Shown in pieces: positions 34,949 through 48,172 of a DNA stretch of 64,000 nucleotides. Position 1 is the stretch's first letter, and each line of letters starts with the position of its first letter. The notes under the pieces were generated by a model. The model saw nothing but the letters and a program-made list of their open reading frames with translations. It searched no databases and was not told the origin of the DNA. Both the position numbers and the translations under genes were made by a program. This DNA is from Hormiphora californensis (taxonomy: Eukaryota > Animalia > Ctenophora), in the NCBI GenBank assembly GCA_020137815.1, contig CM035355.1, positions 4,030,001-4,094,000 on the forward strand, in the 5' to 3' direction.

Positions 34949-35904
34949 CAGGAAGCGACCGAATATTCGGTTCGGTTCGGTTCGGAAATTCGGTGTTTTT
35001 TGGGCGGTTCGGTTCGGTTCGGTTCGGTAGGAAATTTTGGCCGAACCACCGAATTTTTTGGTCAAAAAATGCCCAGAAATCGGGCTTTTTCATGCAAAAT
35101 TTTTCCATTATTTCACGAAAATTGTATGAATTTCAATGTCAATTTCGCCGTATTAACCCTATTTCGAATCGGTGGTGCTATGTGGAAATGATTTCGCTAG
35201 TTAGCGGGTTCGATATGGATTGATTTGATACCTGACTTCCCGTCGAATCGTGTCCTCATGAGAGGGTCAACAAATTCAGAAACTTTTTTTTCAAAAAATT
35301 CATGGAGAGCACCGATCAAGGTGTTAAGAATCATTATCTGAAATTTTGTAAAAAAGTTTGGAAAATATTTCAAAGTCAATTTTATGGAAAATTTTCTATG
35401 TCAATTTTTGCGTACGAATCTTGTTTCTAATCGACAATGCTAAACGGGAGTGATGTTGGTAATTAGTGGGTCCGAGATGGATTGTGCTGATACGTGATCC
35501 CCCATCAAATCTAATTAGGAAATTTAGAGAGACACGATTCATGGTTCGTTTAATCCTGCTAATTAGCAAATACCATTCCCGTATAGCATTGCCGATTCGA
35601 AACACGATTCGTACGCAAAAATTAACATAGAAAATTTACGATAAAATTGACTTTGAAAATTTTTTCACAAAATTGACTTTGAAAATTTTTCAAACATTTT
35701 TTAACAAAATTTCAGAGAATGATTCTCAATACCTTGATCGGTGCTCTCCATGACTTTTTAGAGAAACATTTATACAGAAAAAGTTTTGTATGGTTCGGTT
35801 CGGTTCGGTTACCGAAATTCGGTTCGGTTCGGTTCGGTAAAAAAGTTTTTCAAATTCGGTTCGGTTCGGTTCGGTGGAAAAAAACCCGGTTCGGTCGTTT
35901 CATG
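34949..35904. mobile_element. hAT-type MITE with (CGGTT)n subterminal repeats
   Basis: TIR CAGGAAGCGACCGAA/TTCGGTCGTTTCATG; 8-bp TSD ATTATTAT. Confidence 0.85.
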
Positions 35905-35997
35905 ATTATTATATTGAAGTTGTAATCTGGAAAGTTTTGGTTTTTGTCTCTACAATTATAATTCATGTTACCCCTCTCTCCTGTTTTAGGCGACAGT

Positions 35998-36260
35998 ATG
36001 GGAGTAGTTGTATCGAGGAGAGAAAGGGACCCTCCAGCAGAAGAACAAGATTCCTCCTCGGGAGATGATTCACTACCTCCAGCTGTAGATCCCCTGGAAT
36101 TGGAGTTTGAAGCAGTTCCCTTTTTTACACTGTACCTGAACTCAGGAGATGAAATGCAAGTCAGAACAGTTGACTTAGCTCGTGTTAGTCGGGTTTTCTA
36201 CCGTATTGCAAAGGGAGTGGACAATGAAAACGCTGGCTATGATCTTACAGAGTACCATGA
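35998..36260 (+). pseudogene. 3'-truncated copy of the BTB-like gene
   Basis: Matches 39391-39652, then breaks into unrelated repeat-like sequence. Confidence 0.75.
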
Positions 36261-37562
36261 GTACCGTCAGGAATCGCTAAAATACGAAAATTTCAATTTT
36301 GACGTCATTGTGACGTCATAGCGTGACGTCACGACGTTATAACGTCATGCTAGTGAACAATTATTATCAGGCTTATCTAAATAAAGATACTGACCAAGTT
36401 TGAGATCCATTGGACAAGATTTGAGGTCGCGATGGCGAAAAACGCACTATCGTCATACAGTCTTAAAACTTCAGACGCGATTTAAGGGGGGGGGGGTCGA
36501 CCGCTTTTTGAAAATTTTTGATTTTGGGCCATGTTCGGGGTTACCATCATGTGATAGCGCTTGGCATACCGGACCAGATGGATCTGACAAAATGTGTTGT
36601 GCGTGAACGGTCTGGGAGAAAAATCGGGTTAACTTTTGGCCTGATATCAATGTAAACCCCATTATTTTAGGACTGGTAGGTGTAGGGACATCTGACTAAG
36701 TGTCAAACGCTTTGTCTTATCAAGAGGGATCACTCTACAAATTGTTTCCCTACCCGGGTGGATGCCGAAGGCATCCACCCGGATGCCTTTTTGCTTTGCA
36801 AAAAGGCATAGCAGGGTTAGAATTCGAAAACACTTTTGGTCACACTTTCGTTGCGAGGGGCAACCCGGTACGACCCGGTGTACTCAGCGTAGCAACTGAG
36901 CCGCGCGTACAACAACAAGGTGCTCCTTTATCAAAACTTACAATGACACAGTTTGATGGACGTGTATGCGCACGCCACTCAACAAAACATGAATAGCGAA
37001 ACACAGCATTATGAATACATAATGCAATGATTATTGTTTCTCTACAAGTGGAGACACTTAGTATCGGCAATAGGAGCTTCACGTATGGTTGGATCTCGGC
37101 CAGTCACAAATCCTAAGGATACTGATCGGTGCAAGGATATGGGTCTTGCACGCTGCTAGACCAGCAAGGTTTTTTTGGGCTGGAAACCCCAGTCCGTAGG
37201 TTGTCGAGCACGCTCAAGGGGAGGTCTAGTTACCCTTGTAGCGCCTAGCATTTTACAGTCCGTGCTGACGGCTCGGCTCACCCTACACACTACGTGCAGA
37301 AGGTTATAGTACATGAATGTACTATGTATATTTTTTATGCCTATCTAAGTTGGTTCGTATTTTATGAGGCCCGTATTTTCATCAATAAAAGTTTATCTAT
37401 GGTGTGTTTAAATCTAGATTTTAATAGTGTGTGTCATAAGTAAGGAAGGTGTTATAATTTAGGTATACCGCTCTGACGCTGAGCAGTGTCAGTCAAAATT
37501 CAGTTTGCTGGCCCTGTTTTGCCTGGGCGGTATACAAAAACTTATATTATTATTATTATTAT

Positions 37563-39297
37563 CAGGAAGCGACCGAATATTCGGTTCGGTTCGGTTCGGT
37601 TCGGAAATTCGGTGTTTTTTGGGCGGTTCGGTTCGGTTCGGTTCGGTAGGAAATTTTGGCCGAACCACCGAATTTTTTGGTCAAAAAATGCCCAGAAATC
37701 GGGCTTTTTCATGCAAAATTTTTCAATTACAGTCGGACCCCGATTTACCGGGATCCTCGGGGGAAGCCATTTTGCCCGGTAAATCGGGGTGCCCGGTATA
37801 TCGGGGTAGAGCATATTTGACCCATAAACCCTACCCATAAATCCTACTTTTGTCCAAAATTCTATACCAAGACACCTCTAACTGCATAGTATACATTTAT
37901 TGATGACAATATGATCATTGCTTTTGTCATTAGAAATAGAAAATTTAAAAAATTCAAAAAAAATTGTAAAGACTTTTTCTAAGGTAAACCACCCCGACCA
38001 AGTCCGAATCGTGTTTCGAATCGGTGCATCTTATCGCATGTCCTGCCGCTAATTAGACGGTTCGAAACGAACCGATACGTGATACCATGCCGAATCTGGG
38101 CACCGTAAGTGGGGTGAGTAAGTATCAAAGTTTCAAAATAACTTTTTCTCTGAAAATTTACGGGGAGCATCGATCAAAGCATTGACAATGATTCTGTAAA
38201 ATTTTGCAAAAAAAGTTATGAAATTTTTCTAAGGTATACCAGCCAAGTTCGAATCGTGTTTCGAATCGGTGCATCTTATCACGTGTCCTGCCGCTAATTA
38301 GACGGTTCGAAACGAACCGATACGTGATCCCCAATAGACCTAGCGAATTGAAAATGCAAGTTTACCAACCGGCAAAACTTTCGAAAATTTTCCAAAAAAA
38401 ATCGGGGGAAAGAAATCCTCCAGGTAAATCGGGGTTCCGGTAAATCGGGGCCCGGTAAATCGGGGTCCGACTGTATTTCACGAAAATTTTATGGATTTCA
38501 ATGCCAATTTCGCCGTATTAACCCTATTTCGAATCGGTGGTGCTATGTGGAAATGATTTCGCTAGTTAGCGGGTTCGATATGGATTGATTTGATACCTGA
38601 CTTCCCGTCGAATCGTGTCCTCATGAGAGGGTCAACAAATTCAGAAACTTTTTTTTCAAAAAATTCATGGAGAGCATTGCCTTGTTCGAACAAAACAAGG
38701 AGAGCACCGATCAAAGTGTTAAGAATCATTCTCTGAAATTTTGTAAAAAAGTTTGGAAAATATTTCAAAGTCAATTTTATGGAAAATTTTCTATGTCAAT
38801 TTTTGCGTACGAATCGTGTTTCTAATCGACAATGCTAAACGGGAGTGATGTTGGTAATTAGTGGGTCCGAGATGGATTGTGCTGATACGTGATCCCCCAT
38901 CAAATCTAGTTAGGAAATTTAGAGAGACACGATTCATGGTTCGTTTAATCCTGCTAATTAGCAATACCATTCCCGTATAGCATTGCCGATTCGAAACACG
39001 ATTCGTACGCAAAAATTGACATAGAAAATTTACGATAAAATTGACTTTGAAAATTTTTTCACAAAATTGACTTTGAAATTTTTTCAAACATTTTTTAACA
39101 AAATTTCAGAGAATGATTCTCAATACCTTGATCGGTGCTCTCCATGACTTTTTAGAGAAACATTTATACAGAACAAGGTTTGTATGGTTCGGTTCGGTTC
39201 GGTTACCGAAATTCGGTTCGGTTCGGTTCGGTAAAAAAGTTTTTCAAATTCGGTTCGGTTCGGTTCGGTGGAAAAAACCCGGTTCGGTCGTTTCATG
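37563..39297. mobile_element. Second copy of the (CGGTT)n hAT MITE, with nested pogo MITE
   Basis: Same termini and TSD as 34949-35904. Confidence 0.85.
37730..38473. mobile_element. pogo/Tc1-mariner-type MITE, complete
   Basis: TA|CAGTCGGACCCCGATTTACCG...CGGTAAATCGGGGTCCGACTG|TA; empty site CCATTATTTCACG at ~35105-35117. Confidence 0.92.
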
Positions 39298-39390
39298 ATT
39301 ATTATATTGAAGTTGTAATCTGGAAAGTTTTGGTTTTTGTCTCTACAATTATAATTCATGTTACCCCTCTCTCCTGTTTTAGGCGACAGT

Positions 39391-41806
39391 ATGGGAGTAG
39401 TTGTATCGAGGAGAGAAAGGGACCCTCCAGCAGAAGAACAAGATTCCTCCTCGGGAGATGATTCACTACCTCCAGCTGTAGATCCCCTGGAATTGGAGTT
39501 TGAAGCAGTTCCCTTTTTTACACTGTACCTGAACTCAGGAGATGAAATGCAAGTCAGAACAGTTGACTTAGCTCGTGTTAGTCGGGTTTTCTACCGTATT
39601 GCAAAGGGAGTGGACAATGAAAACGCTGGCTATGATCTTACAGAGTACCATGACCTGGCTGTTCGATCTCTGATTGAGGCAATCAACTTGGACGAACGGA
39701 GACCCCAAATAACACAATATTACTTCCGGGACATTCTGAAATTATCTCTCCACTTGGAAATTGAATGGGCCAGTGATTGCTGCTACGATTGGTTTGAGCA
39801 ACAAATTTTGGCTATTGAAAATGTTACAGCTGATACAGTAGGGCCTTGGTTGAAGGAGGCATCTTTTATATGGAAAAAGTTCTCTAATATGGAACCCCTC
39901 GAGTAGCAATTCAGAAGGCCACTGTTTGCTGCTACAAGAATTAAGATGGCTGTATACAGATAATATCTGGTACCTAAACACATGTTCTACATGGTATTAT
40001 GTCAATAAAAGAATTCAACCCAATATCTAGCCCTACTTCTCTCACTCCCCTTCAAGTAGAATCTTCCTTTTTCAACCAAATATCTAGCCCTATTCTCACA
40101 GAGAGAGAGAGAGGAGAAAACAGAAACTATTTAATCTCGACCTATATTTCCCCTCATAATTCCTTCCTTTCTGATTCTCTCTCCCTGCATGCAAGAGAGA
40201 TCGCGTGATCAGCAACGCAACTGATTAATTTCCAACATCCAGTTCCTACTTCAGTAGCAATTCAGAAGGCCACTGTTTGCTGCTACAAGAATTAAGATGG
40301 CTGTATACAGATAATATCTGGTACCTAAACACATGTTCTACATGGTATTATGTCAATAAAAGAATTCAACCCAATATCTAGCCCTACTTTTCTCACTCCC
40401 CTTCAAGTAGAATCTTCCTTTTTCAACCAAATATCTAGCCCTATTAGCCTCCACCCACCCCGAACCACCCCACCCGCCACCAATATATACATACTAAACA
40501 AAACTGTGGACTGAGAACAAATCCTTGCTAGTTTAGCCTTCTAACCTAATTGAACCTAATCAGACAGATCATAGGTCTCACATATCCCGCATCAAAGATT
40601 AATTGAAAACGAAGACGAAACTGTGGTTCAAGATCAAAGTATAAACGTTCCTGGTAAAAATAACCACACAGGACTAGAACAACCCCGAGAAGAGCCCCAC
40701 TCCAAATCTCCCGTTATATTGTGAACCTGCCAGATGGTAGTTCCATGCGAGGGGAGAGGGCGGGGGGACTCTTCTCCAGTGCCGGCGATATCGCTTTGCG
40801 ATAGTCCCATGTGGGCTTGCCGTAGGCAAGCCCAGGCACTCTGAGTAGTAGTAGTAGTAGTATGGAACCCCTCAACTTTATAACAAAACGGGTTTACCAA
40901 CTGGATGCCCGATCTACCTTTGTTGAGCTACTCTGTCAGCGGTACCGGAGTCTCTCCCAGATTGAACTAAAATTTCTGCTGGTGTGTTCTGAGTGTGACG
41001 GTGACAACTGTATCCTGCTCCCCCCTTTGTTTGATAAAATCAGTCTGGAAATAGCAGAGGGAAGCTTTCGCCTGTCGGACAATCTCAAATTTCTACTGGA
41101 GAATTCTTGTCTCGACAGTCTTGCTACTTCTGACTTGAAACAATTTACCCTGTACTACACTAATATTATGGATAGCAATCTGCTGTTAACTCGGGATGAT
41201 TTTCAGTGGTTATTGGATTTTAGGAAATCGTGTCTTGCAGCAACCGGCGATAAAGTTGAAGTGTGTTATTTTAGGTATAAGAAAATTCCTGGTGAAACAG
41301 CTGAAGAAAAGTTTTCTTATTTAGTTGACAACAGCACCAAGTTCTATAACTTTTGTAACTTTTTGTGTGAACTGGAATACCATTATATCAATATTTCCTC
41401 TGTTCGTGATCCCATACTGCGAATTAATGCAGTCAAGAGAGAACGAGGCTGGGGAACTGCACCTGTTAATTGGTGGGTACGGAAGTGGTTTCAGTGGAAA
41501 CTTCCCAGTGGCATGTGTGTACCGGATGAGTGGTTTGGTGAGGATTGGCGGGAGACTATTGTAAGACATGGTACTTCATACATTACTCCAATGGAACATA
41601 AGGATTGGCCGGTCTGTAACCAGGGAACACGCTGCGGATTTAAAGTGAAGCGTCAGCAAGATGTAATTGATGTTAATAGTCACTTATGGAGGTGTACACT
41701 TGGACCAGAGAAGGGTTACCATTACCATCCGAAACGATACAGAGGTGCTGTCGTAGTGGTTCCGATGGGGTATTCAACACAACTCTGTATAATCTTTAAA
41801 TCTTAA
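39391..41806 (+). CDS. BTB/POZ-like domain protein (~480 aa) with MGxxxS N-terminus, interrupted by a retroelement insertion
   Basis: FTLYLNSGDEMQVRTVDLARVSRVF...AVRSLIEAI...FRDILKLSLHLEIEW follows the BTB pattern. ORFs 39358-39906 and 40862-41806 overlap at the duplicated MEPL (TSD). Confidence 0.6.
39901..40860 (+). mobile_element. 5'-truncated LINE 3' fragment with (GTA)n tail
   Basis: 13-bp TSD TATGGAACCCCTC (39888-39900, 40861-40873); terminal hairpin TGGGCTTGCC-GTA-GGCAAGCCCA; internal duplication 39902-40093 / 40254-40445. Confidence 0.85.
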
Positions 41807-42339
41807 GATAGATCTTCTTGAGGATCTAGTACACATGCAGCTCCGGATTGGTAATTGGTGTCCAATGTCCAGGTGTTCATGGACAACCGAGAGCTAAGGA
41901 GACATTGATTTTTGTTTTGTACATTTTATTACTGTAAAATATTTTATATAATTTCTTGTATGATTGTTGATTTTTTTGAGCACTGCTGATTTTATAATAA
42001 CCTTTAACATATTTTATATAATTTCTTGTATGATTTTGTTTTGGGAGGGAGGGTCGAACAAGGCAAGTATGATTGATGATTTTTTTGAGCACTGCTGATT
42101 TTATAATAACCTTTAACATTTCATCTGTGTCTATATATATGGAGTGATCAAGTGACAGTGGTGACAATTAACCTGTGGCCTTTTTCGAGTTTTTTCTAAT
42201 TTTGTCTGTTATGAGCCTAATCTGTTTTCCCACCCTACACACTACGTGCAGAAGGTTATAGTACATGAATGTACATACTATGTATATTGAAGTTATAATC
42301 TGGAAAGTTTTGGTTTTTTGTCTCTCCAATTATATCCCG

Positions 42340-42665
42340 ATGGCATGCGTGTACCGGATGAGTGGGTAAGTGAGGACTGGCAGTGGACTTATGTAAGACA
42401 TGGTACTTCAGACATTACTCCAATGGAACATAAGGATTGGCCGGTCTGTAACCAGGGAACACGCTGCGGAAGTGTGAAAGTGAAGTTTCAGCGAGATGTA
42501 ATTGATGTTAACAGTTTCATATGGAGGTGTACACTTGAACCAGCTAAGGGTTACCATTTCCATCCGAAACGATACAGAGGTGCTGTCCTACTCCTAGTGG
42601 CTCCGATGAGGCATTCATCACATGATTTCTGTATCTACATTAAATCTAGTATACATGCAGCTCCG
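42340..42665 (+). pseudogene. Diverged duplicate of the BTB-like gene C-terminal region
   Basis: GMRVPDEW...HPKRYRGAV matches 41509-41760; its 3' flank is also duplicated as far as ~44430. Confidence 0.75.
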
Positions 42666-42667
42666 GA

Positions 42668-43295
42668 CGGGGTCCTGCCCTAAAAAAGCTAAAGGTACCC
42701 TGATTTTGGTCGATGGCTTTTTTTATGTTGGCTTTTTTAGCTTTTTTTAGCTTTTTTAGCTTTTTTAGCTTTTTTTAGCCCTACTTTTTATGTTTTTTTC
42801 AGCATTCATCCTGACACTTTTTCATTAAATTTTTATCCTTCCGGATGCCTATTGACTGTATTTGTTCATTTCCTGCACCTTTTTTACCATAATCTACCGT
42901 TTATGTCCATACATAGAAATTTCTGTATCCACCCCTACTGCCATTTTCTAGAGAGATTTCTTCGATAAAAATATTATTCAAATTTGATAAAAATAGTTTT
43001 AAAAAAGTTCAAAAAACGTTATAAAACGTTATAATAAAAGTTTAAAAAATTTGGCGTCAGCGGGATTCGAACCTATGTGAATCCACAAAAAACTCAATTT
43101 TAGCTTTTTTTAGCTTTTTTAGCTTTTTTAGCCTATAAAAAGGCTAAAAAAAGCTAATAAAAGCTAAAAAGGCTAAAAAAAGCTAAAAAGGCTAAAAAAG
43201 GCTAAAAAAGGCTAAAAAAGCTTTTAAAAAAGCCATTGGTACCCTGATTTTGGCCGATGGCTTGGCTTTTTTTAAGGCTGGACCCCCCCCCCCCC
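42668..43295. mobile_element. Mutator-like MITE
   Basis: TIR GGGGTCCWGCC; 9-bp TSD AGCTCCGGA/AGCTCTGGA; empty site CAGCTCCGGATTGG at ~41838. Confidence 0.85.
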
Positions 43296-43552
43296 AGCTC
43301 TGGATTGGTAATTGGTGTCCAATGTCCAGGTGTTCATGGACAACCGAGAGCTAAGGAGACATTGATTTTTGTTTTGTACATTTTATTACTGTAAAATATT
43401 TTATATAATTTCTTGTATGATTGATGATTTTTTTTGAGCACTGCTGATTTTATATTAACCTGTAACATATTTTATATAATTTCTTGTACGATTGATGATT
43501 TTTTTGACTACTGCTGATTTTATAATAACCTTTAACATTTCATCTGTGTCTA

Positions 43553-44329
<777 letters not shown>

Positions 44330-44491
44330 TATATATAATGTGATCAAGTGACAGTGGTGACAATTAACCTGTGGCCTTTTTCGAGTTTTTTCTAATTTTG
44401 TCTGTTATGAGCCTAATCTGTTTTCCCACATATGTGAGCCGGATAATTTGGATTTTCCACCGTTTTTTTAGTAGTCTATTAAGCAGTCTTA

Positions 44492-44720
44492 CAGTGGTCA
44501 CTGGTCATCCGACATATTCCGACGTGAAATCCGACGAGAAATCCGACGAGAAATGAGCCACGCATCAGAGAGATGTGCCGCAGTAAGCAAATGATGTCAC
44601 GCTTCAACTCTTCTCTCTCGTTAGTCTTTATGTCTCTCTCACTGCGCGCCTCATTCCAGGTCGAGATTCAGGTCGAATTTCACGTCGAGGTATGGCAATT
44701 ATGTCGGATGACCACTGTTA
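44492..44720. mobile_element. Small Tc1/mariner-type MITE
   Basis: TIR (CAG)TGGTCATCCGACATA / TATGTCGGATGACCACTG. Confidence 0.6.
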
Positions 44721-44754
44721 TTGACAAGGGAGTTGCAGTTCAATGTTCCAACTC

Positions 44755-45420
44755 TTAGTGAGTTCTCCTTCTTTCCAAGAAGTCTCGTGCCTTCCGACTG
44801 TACTCGTTTTTTAACATCTCAGCTCCGGCTGTTCTACTCATCAGTCTCTCCTTCTCCATGATAAAGAAGGGACACTGGAAACTGTTCGCTGTGTGGGTGG
44901 TGGCATTGAGCTGATCGATCTTGCTTCGGCTACTCTTGCAGTTTGCACAGCATCTGGAGTCAACTTTCCTATCCTTCTTCACTTGACAATCCTTGAACCG
45001 ATGATTTCCAGCACAGTAGGTACAAACTGGATCACCGCTGTCTCTCCTGGGGCACATCACTGAGTCTGACTTGTGACCATAGCGTTGACATTTGAAACAT
45101 TGGACGATATGGAATCGATCCTTCACAATGTGGATTGAAAATCAAGGTTAATTCTGTCATTCCTTTTGCGAACAATCTCCCGTATCTTTTTTGACATCTG
45201 GACAACTGCATATCGATCCTCCTTATGAAGAAAGATGACTTTCAGTTCCTCTTGGTGACTTTCAACCTGTTCTTTGATTTCCTCATTCTTCCTCAGTATT
45301 TCACTGTACACTTCCTCGGCAGTGGTAATTTCTCCAGCAATGTCTGAGATTGTAACTTTGGGATTGAGCTTCTTGGTGGTCAGATCAAGAGATTCTGCTA
45401 CCGTTGCATCTTCCTGCTGT
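44755..45420 (-). mobile_element. LINE ORF1 (gag-like) fragment with three zinc knuckles, frameshifted
   Basis: CFKCQRYGH, CTYCAGNHRFKDC, CANC...H...C; upstream frame KKLNPKVTISDI. Confidence 0.75.
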
Positions 45421-46609
45421 GTTCACAGTGCTGTGTTCACAGTGGGTAAACACTGAAATGTTATGGGTGGCCGCGGTCCGATAGGAATCCGGATTCCAGT
45501 GGGCAGTCACTGCCCGGCAGTGTCCGGCCTCTAGCGGGAAAAAGAAAAAACTTTCGGAGAGCTATGCTCTACTACATCCATCAATTTTTCCAATTCTAAT
45601 TCATTCCGTACTCCACTCTGACGTTTTGTCATTGTCCAACTTTCGCATCCGTGTGAGATCATCCAATTATTACAAAGTTACAGAGTTACAATTAAGATTT
45701 CCACACGGATATTTTCCAGGGAGGGGAGGCTCTGTGAGGAACTGACTGTGCAGTTTGTACACGAAGAAGATCACACGATTACGTCACGCCTCACGGAGCC
45801 CTTTAGGGGAAACTCTAGCTGGATGGATGTGCAGTAATGATGGTTCATAATTGCCAAAAAACTACTTTATTGTTTATGATGAAGCTCATCACTAAGATCG
45901 CACCAGGATTTGCCCTATTTCGCTCGTAAAACATACTTTTACGTAGCGTGCGATGACAGACACACAGCCATGACCACGCATTCTGAGTGATGGGCTTCAT
46001 CATGATCTGAAGTAGAGTTTTGGTAACTATGAGCCCTCATTATTGTACGTCCATCCAGATTCCAGCTAGAGTTTTTTAAAGGGGGGTGGCGGCCAACATC
46101 GGCCTGAATATAAATAAGTGTAGACACTTCACAATAAATTAACCTGTAATAAATTAAATATAAATTATAGTCAATTAACCCATCTGGTATAACTGCTCAT
46201 CCATGTTGCCTTCCCCTCTCATTCTACCCCGATGCCCTCTGATGGAGATTGTTATTGAACCCCTAACATTTCAACCCTTTGACCCTCCTAGCCTGTTTCT
46301 TTGAAAACTTTGTCTAGATGAAATTGAGACAATATGTGCTAATTATCATGGGATTACACACGACACCGAGCCACCTAATTAGGGGTTGTGAGCCGATACC
46401 AACTAAGACTCAGCATAGAAAAATCTTCATGTTCCTACGGTCATAACGTAACTAAAACGTAGAGGTAAGGAAAAAATCGTGGTATTCAAATGAACCTTAG
46501 ACAATTACAATCAAGCTCTTATAAATTTCAAATAATTTTACCCGTTTGTTGATGACACGTGATCCCCTCAAAAATTTTGGTTGAATTTCGTCTTTAGACA
46601 GTCATAAGA

Positions 46610-47816
46610 CATTCCCCCTTCTGTGGCTTGGTATTGCACCAGCTCCCCATCTTGGGCAGAAGCAGTTGGCAATATACCAGCCACCGATTCCCCTTCCCCC
46701 GGCCAACCCCAGCGCCAGATGATCGCCGGACACATATAGTGCTCCAGATAACCGTACCGGACACACATAGTGCTCCAGATCACAGATAATATATCTCATA
46801 CTCGTCTTCTCTATATCGATCATTTTCTCTCTAATCTCCTTCTAACACTGCAACCTAGCTTTTTTATGTAAAATCCTGAAACTGTCCCTAACTATCCTAA
46901 ATCTGTCTCAAACTATCCCAACTGTTTAAACTCAGCCAACCAGAATGCAGGCTAACATTTGCAAGACCAATCAAAATCCTAGGCGTATAACTGCTCCTCC
47001 AATGAGAGGCGATAGCTTGACCAATCACAGCACAGCACCAGTAGTATAAAAGTGCTTCCTAAAATCGGTGTCTCATTCCCCCTTCTGTGGCTTGGTATTG
47101 CACCAGCTCCCCATCTTGGGCAGAAGCAGTTGGCAATATACCAGCCACCGATTCCCCTTCCCCCGGCCAACCCCAGCGCCAGATGATCGCCGGACACATA
47201 TAGTGCTCCAGATAACCGTACCGGACACACATAGTGCTCCAGATCACAGATAATATATCTCATACTCGTCTTCTCTATATCGATCATTTTCTCTCTAATC
47301 TCTTTCTAACGCTAAAACCCTTAACCCGCCGCCCAACCCCACCGCCCCACCCCGCCCACCCTAATTGAAGCGGTTTTACAAGTACAAACTCAGGGGACAA
47401 ATACTTTAGAGTTCAATAGTGAACCAATTAGTCCATCAGGTCACATGTCAACTACTGTCCAATTACATCATTAAATCTTTCAATTCCTATGGAAAGGCAC
47501 GTAAATGTCACGAGGATCACATTACAGCGGTACACTGCTGACCATAATCAAACCGGGGCCACCCCCTCCCTCACGTTTCACGGGGTAGCCCCGGTCCTCA
47601 CCAAATTCACTTCAAACCCATCGGGACGCCTCACGGCAACTCGAAATCACGCTGGTAATCAAGTTCTTCAGCCCCAGTCACTCACGTGCGCCAAACTACC
47701 CCCCCCCCCCCCCAGCGGTGGCAAATCCCTTATCTGGGAAGCCTCTCATGGTCAACCGTGAGCCCATACCAAAGGCTCCAAAAGACCAGCCGCTCTTACC
47801 AACCAACCAACCAACC
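46610..47816 (+). mobile_element. ORF-less non-autonomous retroposon with internal direct repeats, Pol II promoter and (ACCA)n tail
   Basis: TSD ACAGTCATAAGACA (46598-46611, 47817-47830); ~237-bp repeats at 46610 and 47074; tail at 47798-47816. Confidence 0.75.
46965..47080 (+). promoter_or_regulatory. Pol II core promoter: three CCAAT boxes, TATAAAA, Inr TCATTC
   Basis: CCAAT at 46967, 46999 and 47021; TATAAAA at 47045, 30 nt before the Inr A at 47075. Confidence 0.65.
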
Positions 47817-48172
47817 ACAGTCATAAGACACTCTAAACATTGAGCTAGGACAAAAACTCGGGTACCAAAATGACCGCCAGACAATTTCCTACAACTCTTA
47901 TGGGGATGCAATGTGATCCGAGCAATTTTGCATTTGTGAATTAAGAATTTTTCAAAACGTGAACCCCGGTCGGATTTCATGAACACGTATGACATATGAC
48001 TGTCGTATGTGTCGCCTGACAATTCTAAAGAACACTGATTTTTGTTAGAACCATTTTGACAAATTTTTCGATGAGTTTTGATTAATTTAATGGAGCCCGG
48101 TCATGACCCAAAATCGCAGATCACGCAAAGACAGTGGGACACCCTGTATATCGTCATTATCATTTCTTTAGC

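Larger units (their letters stand above)
34492..36260 (+). repeat. Segmental duplication copy 1 (copy 2 at ~37106-39652)
   Basis: Near-identical from ACAAATCCTAAGGATACTG to GATCTTACAGAGTACCATGA; copy 2 carries an extra MITE. Confidence 0.9.

Noticed and set aside
43052-43078. tRNA gene (GGGATTCGAACC T-loop/B-box, minus strand)
   Set aside because: Isolated B-box-like motif inside a MITE; no cloverleaf.
46610-46690. HDV-like ribozyme at the 5' end of the promoter-bearing retroposon
   Set aside because: The P1/P2/P3 order fits, but there is no room for P1.1, P4 or J4/2, and L3 is non-consensus; kept only as a possible pseudoknot.
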